Shown: piece after piece, positions 49,541 through 59,022 of the stretch | Layout of the letters: each line of letters opens with the position of its first letter | Numbering within the stretch: position 1 is the stretch's first letter | NCBI GenBank assembly: GCA_003507445.1 | Contig: DNVR01000009.1 | Span: forward strand, 2,485 to 66,484 | Source of the DNA: Candidatus Moraniibacteriota bacterium | Lineage (GTDB): Bacteria > Patescibacteriota > Minisyncoccia > Moranbacterales > GWC2-37-73 | DNA: 64,000 nt | Reading direction: 5' to 3' | Program-made: the position numbers and the translations under genes | Notes under the pieces: generated by a model | Database searches by the model: none | Seen by the model: the letters and a program-made list of their open reading frames with translations, nothing else | What the model was told of the DNA's origin: nothing

Positions 49541-52126
49541 TCAGGATCTAGAGTTTTTGCTCAAATGTTGCAAACATTTTTTGCCTTCCTTGTTTGCCTG
49601 CAGAAATCTGGTAATTACATAGCCATACTCTTTCATTAATTTTTCAGAAAGCTTTAAAAACCTTTCTGTTTCCTGCTCTTTATCAAATAATGCAATAAAC
49701 GATTGTCTGTTTTTAAGTGTTTCTGAACGAGATTTATTGCCTGATTTTATTTCAAGCTGTTGTTTATTATATGCTAACGCAATATCTTCTGGACGATAAC
49801 GCACCCTATATTCGTAAGCTTTATTTTTCTCATCATCACGAACAATATTAACCTCTTCCAATGTTTTGCCTTCAATTTCTGTATACAAGATTTCATCAAT
49901 AATAAATCCCTCGTCTTCAATATATTTGCTGCAGATTACTTTTTTCGGATCAGTAATTGCGTGCACAGGTTTTTCCTGAGCCTTTTTATCAAGAGATTCG
50001 CGCATCATCACTTCTCCAATTGCACTTCCGCGATAATCCGGATCAACATTGAATGAACCGGCATAAAAATGATCGCCTTCATCATCAAATCTACAGAACG
50101 CAACAATTTCGCCATTATGCCTGAGAATATAAAATTGCGAGTTTTCTTTTTGCAACCCTTCTTGCAAACTTTCAATCACAAGTTTTTGCATCTCAACGTT
50201 TGTTGCATAATTTTTTTGTGCAATTGAAACCATTTGAGAAATATCCTTCTCGTTTTCAATGCCTTTACCTGTAGATGTATCAAAAGAAAGACCCTTGAAA
50301 TCCTCAAATAAAATGTCTGAATTTTCCTTGGCAAAAGTTTTTAAAATACTCGTCAGAAAAACTGTATCTATTTTTGATTTTTCAAGTTCTTGCAAAAGAG
50401 CTTGTTCATCTACTTTTTTATTCGTTTTCAATTTTTCTGAAAAACCAAGCAGCAAGTCTTTGCTCTTTTTTAATAAAGACTCAGACGTTTTTTGATGTTG
50501 CTCTTTATCAGTACCTTCAATATTGCCAAGGTAATTATTAATCAAATCCTGAATGTTATTTTCAGCAGTGCTTGCAATTTCATTATATTTTGCAAATATT
50601 GCACTAGCTGTTTCTGGTGAAAGTTTTTCTCCAATTCGTAGAATTTCCTTGCCATGCTCCAGGCCATATTCACAACTCAAAAACGTTTTTAGTCCATCAA
50701 TACCATATATTTTTCCAAATTCCAAAAGTTGTGGATAATCATTTTTAAGATCGAAAGCCGCACTCACAAGCCATTGCTGTTCGCGCCATGACAAATTATG
50801 AATTCCAATTCCTGTCTGCAAAGCAAAATCGTCTGTTACCTTTTTAATATATTTATACCTCGCAATGGAGCGCATACGCAGTGCATATTGAGTATCTTCC
50901 TCGCCTTCAAACCTAGGATTTTCCTTAGTGCAATCCCAATCTTTAATTCTTCCCGCCATTTCTTTTTTATTCAAAAAAGTTCGAGCAGTAATTTCACTTT
51001 CCTCGAGTTGTTTAGTGGACCCTTTTTGAATATAATCTCGCTTTTTTACTTTTTCATCCTCATCCAGCAAATCAATCAAGCAAATAACATCTTCTTCGCC
51101 ACTATTCAGCAAAACCACTCCTGCAGTTTTGCTATCCAATAATACTATTTTTATATCCTCTGTTGGTGTTTCCTTTCCATTGAAAATAAAATTTTCACGA
51201 CCAATATAATATTTAGCGCCATTCAATGAAACTTCTGGCTTATCTTTTGAAACAAATTTTTCAGCTCTCAATAATTTTCCACCTGAACTTTCTGTTTTTG
51301 TTTGAAAATCACTAAGTTTTAAAATTCTATTGTTCAATAAGTGAGGACAGTTATTTAAAAGAAAAGCATGGACTGATTTTTCTAATTCATGGCTACTCCC
51401 GATGTTATCATGAATCCATTCAACACTAATATTAACAAAAGAATCCTTATTTGAATCAAAAACTTTCATTTGATCATTTAGATTTCTATGCGCTTTAAAT
51501 TCTTTAAACAAACGAGTTGCAAAAGCAAATTCTCGCATATCAATCTTCTCTCCCTTTTTTGAAATCATATCATGTTTCCAATTCACCTGCCTTTCACCAG
51601 CGCTGCCAAAAATATCCCAATAATTCAAATAATATTTCTTAGTTTTTATTTTTTCAACATCAAATGCCTCAGCAGCACTTTCGGGAATATTAAATAAGGA
51701 CTTCGCGGACGTATCAATACCATCTTCCAGAGAATCAACATATTCTTTACGAGAAACAACCTGAATATCCCTAAGCGCATCGAAGAGCATGGCCTTAGTT
51801 ATGCTTCTTTTTTTCCCTTTTTCTATTGTAAATGTTTTATTTCTAAATTCATTCTCAAAAAAATCTTTATCTAGAAATTTTTCCAAATCAAATATTTTTT
51901 TACCGCCAGCATAATCAATAACCCCAAGATTTTCTAGCATTTCCAACATTCTTTCCTTATTCCTTTCAATATATTTTTCTTTAGATTCATCTTTATCAAT
52001 TTTTTTTTCCAGTGGTCGTCTAAATTCCAAAATCTTCGCAGATTGTTTTTCTGCAACTCCAACAGGAGCTACCACTGGCTCGTTTTCTTCTGGCTGATAT
52101 GCAAATGCATGCACTTCATTTCTCAT
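49541..52126 (-). CDS. Large hypothetical protein with C-terminal GNAT domain
   Basis: FYAGSFNVDPDYRGSAIG acetyl-CoA-binding motif near the C-terminus. Confidence 0.78.
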   Translation of the reverse strand: MRNEVHAFAYQPEENEPVVAPVGVAEKQSAKILEFRRPLEKKIDKDESKEKYIERNKERMLEMLENLGVIDYAGGKKIFDLEKFLDKDFFENEFRNKTFTIEKGKKRSITKAMLFDALRDIQVVSRKEYVDSLEDGIDTSAKSLFNIPESAAEAFDVEKIKTKKYYLNYWDIFGSAGERQVNWKHDMISKKGEKIDMREFAFATRLFKEFKAHRNLNDQMKVFDSNKDSFVNISVEWIHDNIGSSHELEKSVHAFLLNNCPHLLNNRILKLSDFQTKTESSGGKLLRAEKFVSKDKPEVSLNGAKYYIGRENFIFNGKETPTEDIKIVLLDSKTAGVVLLNSGEEDVICLIDLLDEDEKVKKRDYIQKGSTKQLEESEITARTFLNKKEMAGRIKDWDCTKENPRFEGEEDTQYALRMRSIARYKYIKKVTDDFALQTGIGIHNLSWREQQWLVSAAFDLKNDYPQLLEFGKIYGIDGLKTFLSCEYGLEHGKEILRIGEKLSPETASAIFAKYNEIASTAENNIQDLINNYLGNIEGTDKEQHQKTSESLLKKSKDLLLGFSEKLKTNKKVDEQALLQELEKSKIDTVFLTSILKTFAKENSDILFEDFKGLSFDTSTGKGIENEKDISQMVSIAQKNYATNVEMQKLVIESLQEGLQKENSQFYILRHNGEIVAFCRFDDEGDHFYAGSFNVDPDYRGSAIGEVMMRESLDKKAQEKPVHAITDPKKVICSKYIEDEGFIIDEILYTEIEGKTLEEVNIVRDDEKNKAYEYRVRYRPEDIALAYNKQQLEIKSGNKSRSETLKNRQSFIALFDKEQETERFLKLSEKLMKEYGYVITRFLQANKEGKKCLQHLSKNSRS

Positions 52127-52232
52127 AATTTTATTATAGCAAATATTTGTCATTTTGTATTTGTATTATTTTAACAGCGCGGTATACTTAAAACATCCTT
52201 TAGAATTTCATTTTATTCAAATATTTATTCCT

Positions 52233-55007
52233 ATGACAAAAGAAAAAAATAACGAAACCCCAGTGAAATCGTCCTCCTCCGTCGGAATTTCACCAGCCTC
52301 GACTGACGCGAGTCTAGGCGGGCGGGGTAAAAAACTTATCCTTATCGATGGCAACGCCATTATTCATAGGGCGTATCATGCGTTGCCGCCGTTTACGACT
52401 AAGAAGGGTGAATTGGTTAATGCGGTATACGGCTTTGCTTCGACACTGCTAAGCGTGATTGCGGAGTTTAAACCGGACTATGTCGTGGCGTCTTTTGATT
52501 TGGCGGGCAAAACTTTTCGCCATGAAAAATTTGAAGAATACAAAGCCACTCGCGTGAAAGGCGACGATGAACTGTATGCTCAGATTCCGAGGGTTAAAGA
52601 AGTGGTCAAAGCTTTTAATATTCCAATTTATGAAATGGCAGGGTTTGAAGCTGACGATGTGATTGGAACAATTGCCACGCAGATTAAGAAAAACAAAGAG
52701 GAAATTGAAACAATTATTGTGACTGGAGATATGGACACCCTGCAATTGGTAAACGACACCACAAGCGTGTACACAATGAGGCGTGGTCTTTCTGATTCGA
52801 TTATGTATGACAGTGAGAAAGTTTTTGCGCGCTATGGTCTTTCTCCAGATCAAATTATTGATTACAAAGCTTTGCGCGGCGATCCTTCTGACAATATTCC
52901 CGGAGTCAAAGGTATTGGAGAAAAAACAGCTGTCACCCTCTTGCAAAAATATCAAACACTTGATGGAGTGTACGAAAACATTGAGGAAATTAAGGGTGCG
53001 GTCAAAGAAAAATTAGTGCGAGACAAAGCGCAAGCATATCTCAGCAAAGATTTGGCCACGATTGCACTTGACGTGCCTGTCACACTTGAGCTGGAAAAAT
53101 CAGTGCTCAAAGACTTTGATCGCGAAACAATTGTAAAACTTTTTTCTGAATTAAATTTTTTCAGCTTAATCAAGCGCTTACCAAAAGATGAAAATGCTAA
53201 CGAAGAAAGTGAAAAAACATCTAACGGAGTTGTTGATTTTAGATACACCATCGCGGATGAAAAAAATGCGGATGAGCTGATTGCAGAATTTTCCAATGCA
53301 TCAGAACTTTCAATTGCAACCGAGATCATCGAGGAAAAGCTAACCGGCATTACAATTTCTTGGAAGACAGGACGCGCCACTTTTTTCCCGACTGCCAGCA
53401 AGGCATTTCCTAAATTAAAAACGATTTTAGAAAATCCGGAAATTACAAAAGTTGGATATGATTTAAAAGCGATTTATAAGCAGCTTTTTGCTGAGTCAAT
53501 TGTGATGGAAGGAATTTCTTTTGATGCAATGCTGGCTGCTTATGTTTTAAACCCAGGCGAAAAACTTGATTTTGAAAAAATGATTTTCTCAGAGCTTGGA
53601 GAAGAAATTACTTTTGAAAAAAAATCCAAAGGACAACTTTCCTTGGTAGCGAATCCAGAGGATGAGCAACTTGCAAAAAATATCGTGTGTCAAAAAGCTG
53701 ATTATTCTTTGAAATTAAAAGCTGCTTTGGAAAAAAGAATCTCGGAAATAAGCGCGAAGCAAAAAGAAGCAGCCCGGGCTGACGGAACACTGCAAACAAT
53801 TTTTTCCGAAATGGAAATGCCTCTTGTAAAAATCTTAGCTCAAATGGAACTGACTGGCATTGAACTAAACACTATTATTTTCAAAGGTATTTCAGAAAAA
53901 ATTACTGGCACATTGAAAAATCTTGAGAAAGCAATTTACGATTTTGCCGGCAAGGAATTTAATATCAATTCCCCATCGCAACTTTCCGAAATTCTTTTTG
54001 TCACGATGAATCTTCCAAGCGCTGATATCAAAAAAACTAAAAAGGGACTTTCCACTGGAGCAGCTGAGCTTGAAAAGCTTAGAGGTTCACACAAAATCAT
54101 TGAGAAAATCGAAGAATATCGAGAACTTTTCAAGTTAAAGACAACTTACCTTGATGCCATCCCAAAACTTGTCGATAAAAGATCTCGCATTCATACAACA
54201 TATAACCAAGCAGTAGCAGCAACGGGGCGACTTTCATCAACTGACCCTAATTTGCAAAATATTCCCATCAAAACAGAACTTGGACAGCTTCTGCGCACTG
54301 CCTTTGTTGCCAAAGAAGGATACAAATTAATCAGCGCTGACTATTCTCAAATCGATTTACGCTGCGTCGCACACGTTTCCAATGACAAAAAACTTATTGA
54401 AGCATTTCACCGAGGCGATGACATTCACAAAATCACTGCAGCTGAAATAAACAAAGTTCCGCTTTCACAAGTCACAGAAAAAATGCGTTCGAGCGCCAAA
54501 GCTCTTAATTTCGGCATCATATATGGAATGAGTTCTTTTGGATTTTCGCAATCCGCTGGAATTTCTCGCGAGGATGCGCAAAAATTCATCAACACGTATA
54601 TGGAAAACTTTTCAAGCGTGGCTTCCTATATGAAAGAAACGCGCGAATTTGCACGAAATAATGGATATGTAGAAACATTACTTGGCAGAAGGCGAAATTT
54701 GCACGAAATAAACTCGCCAAATTTTCAAGTCGCTGCTTCGGCAGAAAGAATGGCCATCAATATGCCTATTCAAGGATTGGCAGCTGACATTGTGAAATTA
54801 GCTATGATTAAAACTGCCGAAGCATTTTCAAGTGATGCCGATGTGCAAATGATTCTGCAGGTGCATGATGAAATTATTCTTGAAGTTAAAACAGACAAAG
54901 CCGAAATTGTAGCAAAGAAGCTCAAAGAAATTATGGAAAATGTTCATCCCCTGCGCGTCCCATTGATTGTCAATGTCAGCATCGGAGACAATTGGGGAGA
55001 AATCTAG
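52233..55007 (+). CDS. polA: DNA polymerase I
   Basis: LIDGNA..HRAYHA, EADDVIG, GDPSDNIPGV, TGRLSS.DPNLQNIP, ADYSQI, QVHDE. Confidence 0.97.
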   Translation: MTKEKNNETPVKSSSSVGISPASTDASLGGRGKKLILIDGNAIIHRAYHALPPFTTKKGELVNAVYGFASTLLSVIAEFKPDYVVASFDLAGKTFRHEKFEEYKATRVKGDDELYAQIPRVKEVVKAFNIPIYEMAGFEADDVIGTIATQIKKNKEEIETIIVTGDMDTLQLVNDTTSVYTMRRGLSDSIMYDSEKVFARYGLSPDQIIDYKALRGDPSDNIPGVKGIGEKTAVTLLQKYQTLDGVYENIEEIKGAVKEKLVRDKAQAYLSKDLATIALDVPVTLELEKSVLKDFDRETIVKLFSELNFFSLIKRLPKDENANEESEKTSNGVVDFRYTIADEKNADELIAEFSNASELSIATEIIEEKLTGITISWKTGRATFFPTASKAFPKLKTILENPEITKVGYDLKAIYKQLFAESIVMEGISFDAMLAAYVLNPGEKLDFEKMIFSELGEEITFEKKSKGQLSLVANPEDEQLAKNIVCQKADYSLKLKAALEKRISEISAKQKEAARADGTLQTIFSEMEMPLVKILAQMELTGIELNTIIFKGISEKITGTLKNLEKAIYDFAGKEFNINSPSQLSEILFVTMNLPSADIKKTKKGLSTGAAELEKLRGSHKIIEKIEEYRELFKLKTTYLDAIPKLVDKRSRIHTTYNQAVAATGRLSSTDPNLQNIPIKTELGQLLRTAFVAKEGYKLISADYSQIDLRCVAHVSNDKKLIEAFHRGDDIHKITAAEINKVPLSQVTEKMRSSAKALNFGIIYGMSSFGFSQSAGISREDAQKFINTYMENFSSVASYMKETREFARNNGYVETLLGRRRNLHEINSPNFQVAASAERMAINMPIQGLAADIVKLAMIKTAEAFSSDADVQMILQVHDEIILEVKTDKAEIVAKKLKEIMENVHPLRVPLIVNVSIGDNWGEI

Positions 55008-55105
55008 AACAGCTTATTAGGCTTTAGCTTTCTAGCTTTTTAGAAAATATAAAGTATCCACCGCCTAATAAGCTAACGCTTAATAAGCTAATAACCTGCC
55101 CATAT

Positions 55106-55957
55106 ATGCCTGAACTCCCAGAAGTACAAACCATTGTGAATGATTTGCAAATATTAACCGGTGATACAATCACCGGTTTTTGGACAGATTTTGAAAAAGC
55201 TATCAAGACAAAAAACTTTAAAGAAGAAATTGTCGGAGAGAAAATAAAAAGTATTCGAAGATTAAGCAAAAATGTTATCATCGAATTGTCCAGCAATAAT
55301 ACTATTATTATTCATTTAAAGATGACGGGAAAACTAACACTAGTCGAAAGTCGAAAGTTGAAAGTTGAAAGTCCAAACGAAAAGCATTTGCATCATATTT
55401 TCTTTTTGAAAAAAAATGGCAATTTAAATTTTTCTGACATACGAAAATTTGCGACACTGGAATTGATAAGTCTTGAGAAGCTTTCTGAAATTGAAAAAAG
55501 CAAAGGGGTTGATCCCTTTTCTAAAGACTTTACTCTCCAAGCTTTTTCCGGAATTATCAGCGAGCATAAAAATAAAACCCGTCACTCACGAGTGACAGGT
55601 AAGAACATTAAGAGTATTTTAATGAATCAATCTGCTATTGCTGGAATTGGAAATATTTATGCCTCTGAAATTCCATATGCTGCCAAATTAAATCCGCTTA
55701 GAAAACTTTCGAGTCTTAATAATAAAGAAATCGAACTTTTACATCGTTCTATTTTAAAAATATTAACAAAGGCCATCAAAATGAGGGGCACTTCAATCAG
55801 CGATTACAGAGATGCAAATGGCGAAAAGGGTAGCTTCCAAAATCAATTAAAAGTATATGGAAAGGCTGGCAAGAAGTGCCACAAATGTGATACAATAATC
55901 GCAAAGGAAATAGTTGAACAGCGAAGCACTTTTTACTGTCCAACTTGCCAAAAATAA
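55106..55957 (+). CDS. mutM: Formamidopyrimidine-DNA glycosylase
   Basis: MPELPEV, HLKMTG, GIGNIYASE, C-terminal zinc finger. Confidence 0.96.
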   Translation: MPELPEVQTIVNDLQILTGDTITGFWTDFEKAIKTKNFKEEIVGEKIKSIRRLSKNVIIELSSNNTIIIHLKMTGKLTLVESRKLKVESPNEKHLHHIFFLKKNGNLNFSDIRKFATLELISLEKLSEIEKSKGVDPFSKDFTLQAFSGIISEHKNKTRHSRVTGKNIKSILMNQSAIAGIGNIYASEIPYAAKLNPLRKLSSLNNKEIELLHRSILKILTKAIKMRGTSISDYRDANGEKGSFQNQLKVYGKAGKKCHKCDTIIAKEIVEQRSTFYCPTCQK

Positions 55958-55971
55958 TAAGCTAAAACAAA

Positions 55972-56026
55972 ACCTCACTGTCACGAGTACGCGACATCTC
56001 TCCTTAAAAAGGAGAGAACGATGAGG
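55972..56026. repeat. CCTCAC...TCTCC-GGAGA palindromic element
   Basis: Related unit in-frame in the LTD gene at 33291-33343. Confidence 0.55.
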
Positions 56027-56039
56027 AAGAAAACTTTTT

Positions 56040-57140
56040 ATGAACAGAAAACAAATAGGCATCATTGTCGCAGTGGCGATGATAATCGTGGGAGCAATTT
56101 TTTATTTCTTAGCAGGAGATAAAAACAAAAATGTTAAACAAATTCAAATAAATGGCACTCCTGAGCAGACAACTCCCGCCAACCCTACAGATGTTAGCCC
56201 TATTACCGGACTTGCTTGCGACAATTGGAACAAGCGCTCTTTTGCCGTGATGCAACCAGCAGACGTTGCAGCCCGACCTTTGGCAGGACTTTCTCAGGCT
56301 GATATGGTAGTGGAAATGGTGGCTGTTTATGGCAGCATCACTCGCTTGATGGGAGTATATGGATGTAACACTCCAGAAGAAGTAGGCTCGCTTCGAAGTG
56401 CTCGCCACGACTTTGTGCATCTTGCCAAGAGTCTTGATTCTATCTATGTTCACTGGGGACGCGCTGACATTGAAGAATTTAAAAATGTTCTAAACAGTGG
56501 AATTATTGATGATATGAATTGCAACAATGATGCTGGAAAATCAGCAGGTCAATATTGTTTCCGCAAAGAAGCTGAAGGTAATATGCGTGGAGTTGACACG
56601 GGTTACGCCAAATTTACCAGTTTACTAGAAGGTGCCAAGACTTTTGGTTATAGTACTGAAAATAAATTTTTGGGTTATCCTCATCAAACCGAAGCAGCTC
56701 TTGATCAACGTCCAAATGGAGGAAATCTTCGTGTTGCATATGCAAAACCATTTGACGTTGAATATGACTACGACAAGACTAGCAACTCATATTTCCGAAC
56801 TTGGGGTGGCGTTGCAGACACTGACCGAAACAACAAACAAAAAATTGCACCAAAAAACGTCGTTGTGATGATTGCTGATGCAGCACCAATCAAGGTTGGC
56901 GAACAATATGCAAACATCCAAATTGGTGATCCTTGGTTTGATCAAAATGATTCAGGCAGCGCTTTTTTCTATATGAACGGACAGCAATATAAAGGGGCCT
57001 GGAAAAAGGACAAAAACAAAATAGACAGCAAGCTCTTTTTCTTTGATGAAACAGGGCAAGAAATAAAATTCGTCCCAGGACAAATTTGGATTGACATCAT
57101 TGATCCCGGTCAGGCACTCCGATGGACACCGGCAGCCTAG
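56040..57140 (+). CDS. DUF3048 family protein
   Basis: ARP.AGLSQAD.V.E, ITRL, GSLRSAR, HWG, PGQIWI. Confidence 0.87.
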   Translation: MNRKQIGIIVAVAMIIVGAIFYFLAGDKNKNVKQIQINGTPEQTTPANPTDVSPITGLACDNWNKRSFAVMQPADVAARPLAGLSQADMVVEMVAVYGSITRLMGVYGCNTPEEVGSLRSARHDFVHLAKSLDSIYVHWGRADIEEFKNVLNSGIIDDMNCNNDAGKSAGQYCFRKEAEGNMRGVDTGYAKFTSLLEGAKTFGYSTENKFLGYPHQTEAALDQRPNGGNLRVAYAKPFDVEYDYDKTSNSYFRTWGGVADTDRNNKQKIAPKNVVVMIADAAPIKVGEQYANIQIGDPWFDQNDSGSAFFYMNGQQYKGAWKKDKNKIDSKLFFFDETGQEIKFVPGQIWIDIIDPGQALRWTPAA

Positions 57141-57259
57141 GGTCATAATGTCAAAACCCAAATATCAAATAAAATCTCAATTCTAAAATTTTTAAAATTA
57201 ATGTATTTGAAATTTGTTTGAAATTTTTAATTTGAAATTTGGAATTTATATTAGATATT

Positions 57260-58252
57260 ATGTTTATCTTTTTATATGGCGTTGACAATTTCCGCTCTTT
57301 GGAAAAACTCAGTGACCTTAAAAATAAATATCTTGAAAAGAATGGCTCAGGCACAGACCTGAGCGTTCTTGATTATGGCGAAGGTGCTTCAGTTGAAAAT
57401 CTCGCCAGTGCATTTTCAGCGCAAGGACTTTTCTCAACCAAGCGATTGGTTGTTGTGAAAAATAGTATGCTCAAAGGCTCAACTGAAGTGCAAAAAGGAA
57501 TTCTTGCACTTCTCAAGGCCAATCCTGACACAGAAAAAGATGCTGACACTATTGTTATTTTTTATGAAAATGGTTCTCCAAAGAAAAACGGAGCTTTGTA
57601 CAAATTTCTTTTTAAAACGGCCAAGAGACAAGAATTTGCACCTCTCGAGGGAACTGCCCTTGCCAATTGGGCGCTAACATTTACCAAAACCCTGTCAACA
57701 GAAATATCTTTTACAAAAAATGCGCTCAATATGCTTTTGGCTGCAACTGGCAGCGACCTAAATATTCTTAGCAACGAAATTACCAAGCTCGTGAATTTCA
57801 GAAATTCTGGAGAAATTACTGACGCAGATGTTATCTTGCTAGTAAAATCAAAAGTTGATTCAACAATGTTTGAAACGATTGAAGCGCTTGCCAGTGGAAA
57901 CAAATCGAAAGCACTGGATCTTTTTCATCAGCAACTCACAAAGGGTGAAGATGTTTTTTATATTCTCTCAATGTATACATATCAAATCCGCACCCTGCTA
58001 AAAATCGGTGACTTTTATTGGCAAGACCCGTCGCTCGCGAGCGACAGGTCAAGGCTGACCAGCCCAGCACAAATTGCTCAAGCTTCTGGAATTCATCCCT
58101 ATGTTGTGCAAAAATCTCTTTCTCAAATCAGAAACTTGTCCGAGCAAAAAACCAAACAAATGCTCCGCGACCTGGCTGAAATAGACTTCAACGCTAAAAC
58201 CGGCAAAATCGACCCAGTCCTCGCCCTCGACACTTTTATAGTTTCTTTATAA
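57260..58252 (+). CDS. holA: DNA polymerase III subunit delta
   Basis: FLYG.D.FR, GLFS.KRLVVV, NEI.KL, HPYVVQK, D...KTG; adjacent to rpsT. Confidence 0.9.
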   Translation: MFIFLYGVDNFRSLEKLSDLKNKYLEKNGSGTDLSVLDYGEGASVENLASAFSAQGLFSTKRLVVVKNSMLKGSTEVQKGILALLKANPDTEKDADTIVIFYENGSPKKNGALYKFLFKTAKRQEFAPLEGTALANWALTFTKTLSTEISFTKNALNMLLAATGSDLNILSNEITKLVNFRNSGEITDADVILLVKSKVDSTMFETIEALASGNKSKALDLFHQQLTKGEDVFYILSMYTYQIRTLLKIGDFYWQDPSLASDRSRLTSPAQIAQASGIHPYVVQKSLSQIRNLSEQKTKQMLRDLAEIDFNAKTGKIDPVLALDTFIVSL

Positions 58253-58253
58253 A

Positions 58254-58281
58254 AAAAACCATCCCAACTTGGATGGTTTTT
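58254..58281. terminator. Bidirectional terminator holA/rpsT
   Basis: AAAAACCATCC-loop-GGATGGTTTTT. Confidence 0.8.
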
Positions 58282-58304
58282 CCTTTATCTAAAAGAAATA
58301 TTGA

Positions 58305-58577
58305 CTACTTCTTAAGCGCTAATTTCTTCACAGCAGCATTCAGTCTTGATTTCTTGCGAGCTGCGGTGTTCTTTTTGATCACCTTCTTTTGAGCAGCTTT
58401 GTCCAAAGCTTTAATCGCAGCTTTGAGCAACTCTTGAGCTTCCTTGACCTTTCCTGCTGCTATATTTTCCTTTGTATCTTTGATGGCATTTCGGAAAACA
58501 CCTTTTACAACCTTGTTTCGAAGTGTTTTGCGATCAGTCACTCGCATATACTTTTTTGCTGATTTTTTGATTGGCAT
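58305..58577 (-). CDS. rpsT: 30S ribosomal protein S20
   Basis: MPIKKSAKK, DKAA.K.VI.KNTAARKKSRL. Confidence 0.96.
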   Translation of the reverse strand: MPIKKSAKKYMRVTDRKTLRNKVVKGVFRNAIKDTKENIAAGKVKEAQELLKAAIKALDKAAQKKVIKKNTAARKKSRLNAAVKKLALKK

Positions 58578-58727
58578 ATTCTAATTTGATACGAATTATA
58601 TCCGAATTACATCCGAATCTCGTAAATTTAAATAATTGTTACTTAAGTATTTTTAGCACACAACTTTACTTTTGGCAATAGTCCGTAACTTACCTTATGA
58701 ATTTTATAACTTTATGAACCTTGAAAT

Positions 58728-59012
58728 CTATACCGTTATTACTATATCAATTATCTCATCCCCGCCAAGTTCTTTGTTTATTTTGGCCACAATTTGCTTT
58801 CTTTTAAGCAAAATTTCATTTTCCCAAAAAGAGCTACCGGCGCTAATAAACACCTTTCTATCCTTAAGAGACATTGGCAAAACATTCTCCAGTCCTTGCC
58901 TGCCATATTCCTCTTTGATAACTATTTGAAAAACATAAAAAACACTCTGCTGATCAATAACAGCACTTTTTCTTAATGTTTTTTTATTTATAAAAGACCC
59001 AAGAGTTTTCAT
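58728..59012 (-). CDS. DUF721/DciA-like protein
   Basis: Directly downstream of dnaN; SS.W.NEI....QI..KIN..LG pattern. Confidence 0.7.
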   Translation of the reverse strand: MKTLGSFINKKTLRKSAVIDQQSVFYVFQIVIKEEYGRQGLENVLPMSLKDRKVFISAGSSFWENEILLKRKQIVAKINKELGGDEIIDIVITV

Positions 59013-59022
59013 TCTGATTATA

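Noticed and set aside
10446-57250. CRISPR array
   Set aside because: Repeats are short tandem heptamers or dispersed palindromes, with no regular repeat-spacer pattern and no cas genes.
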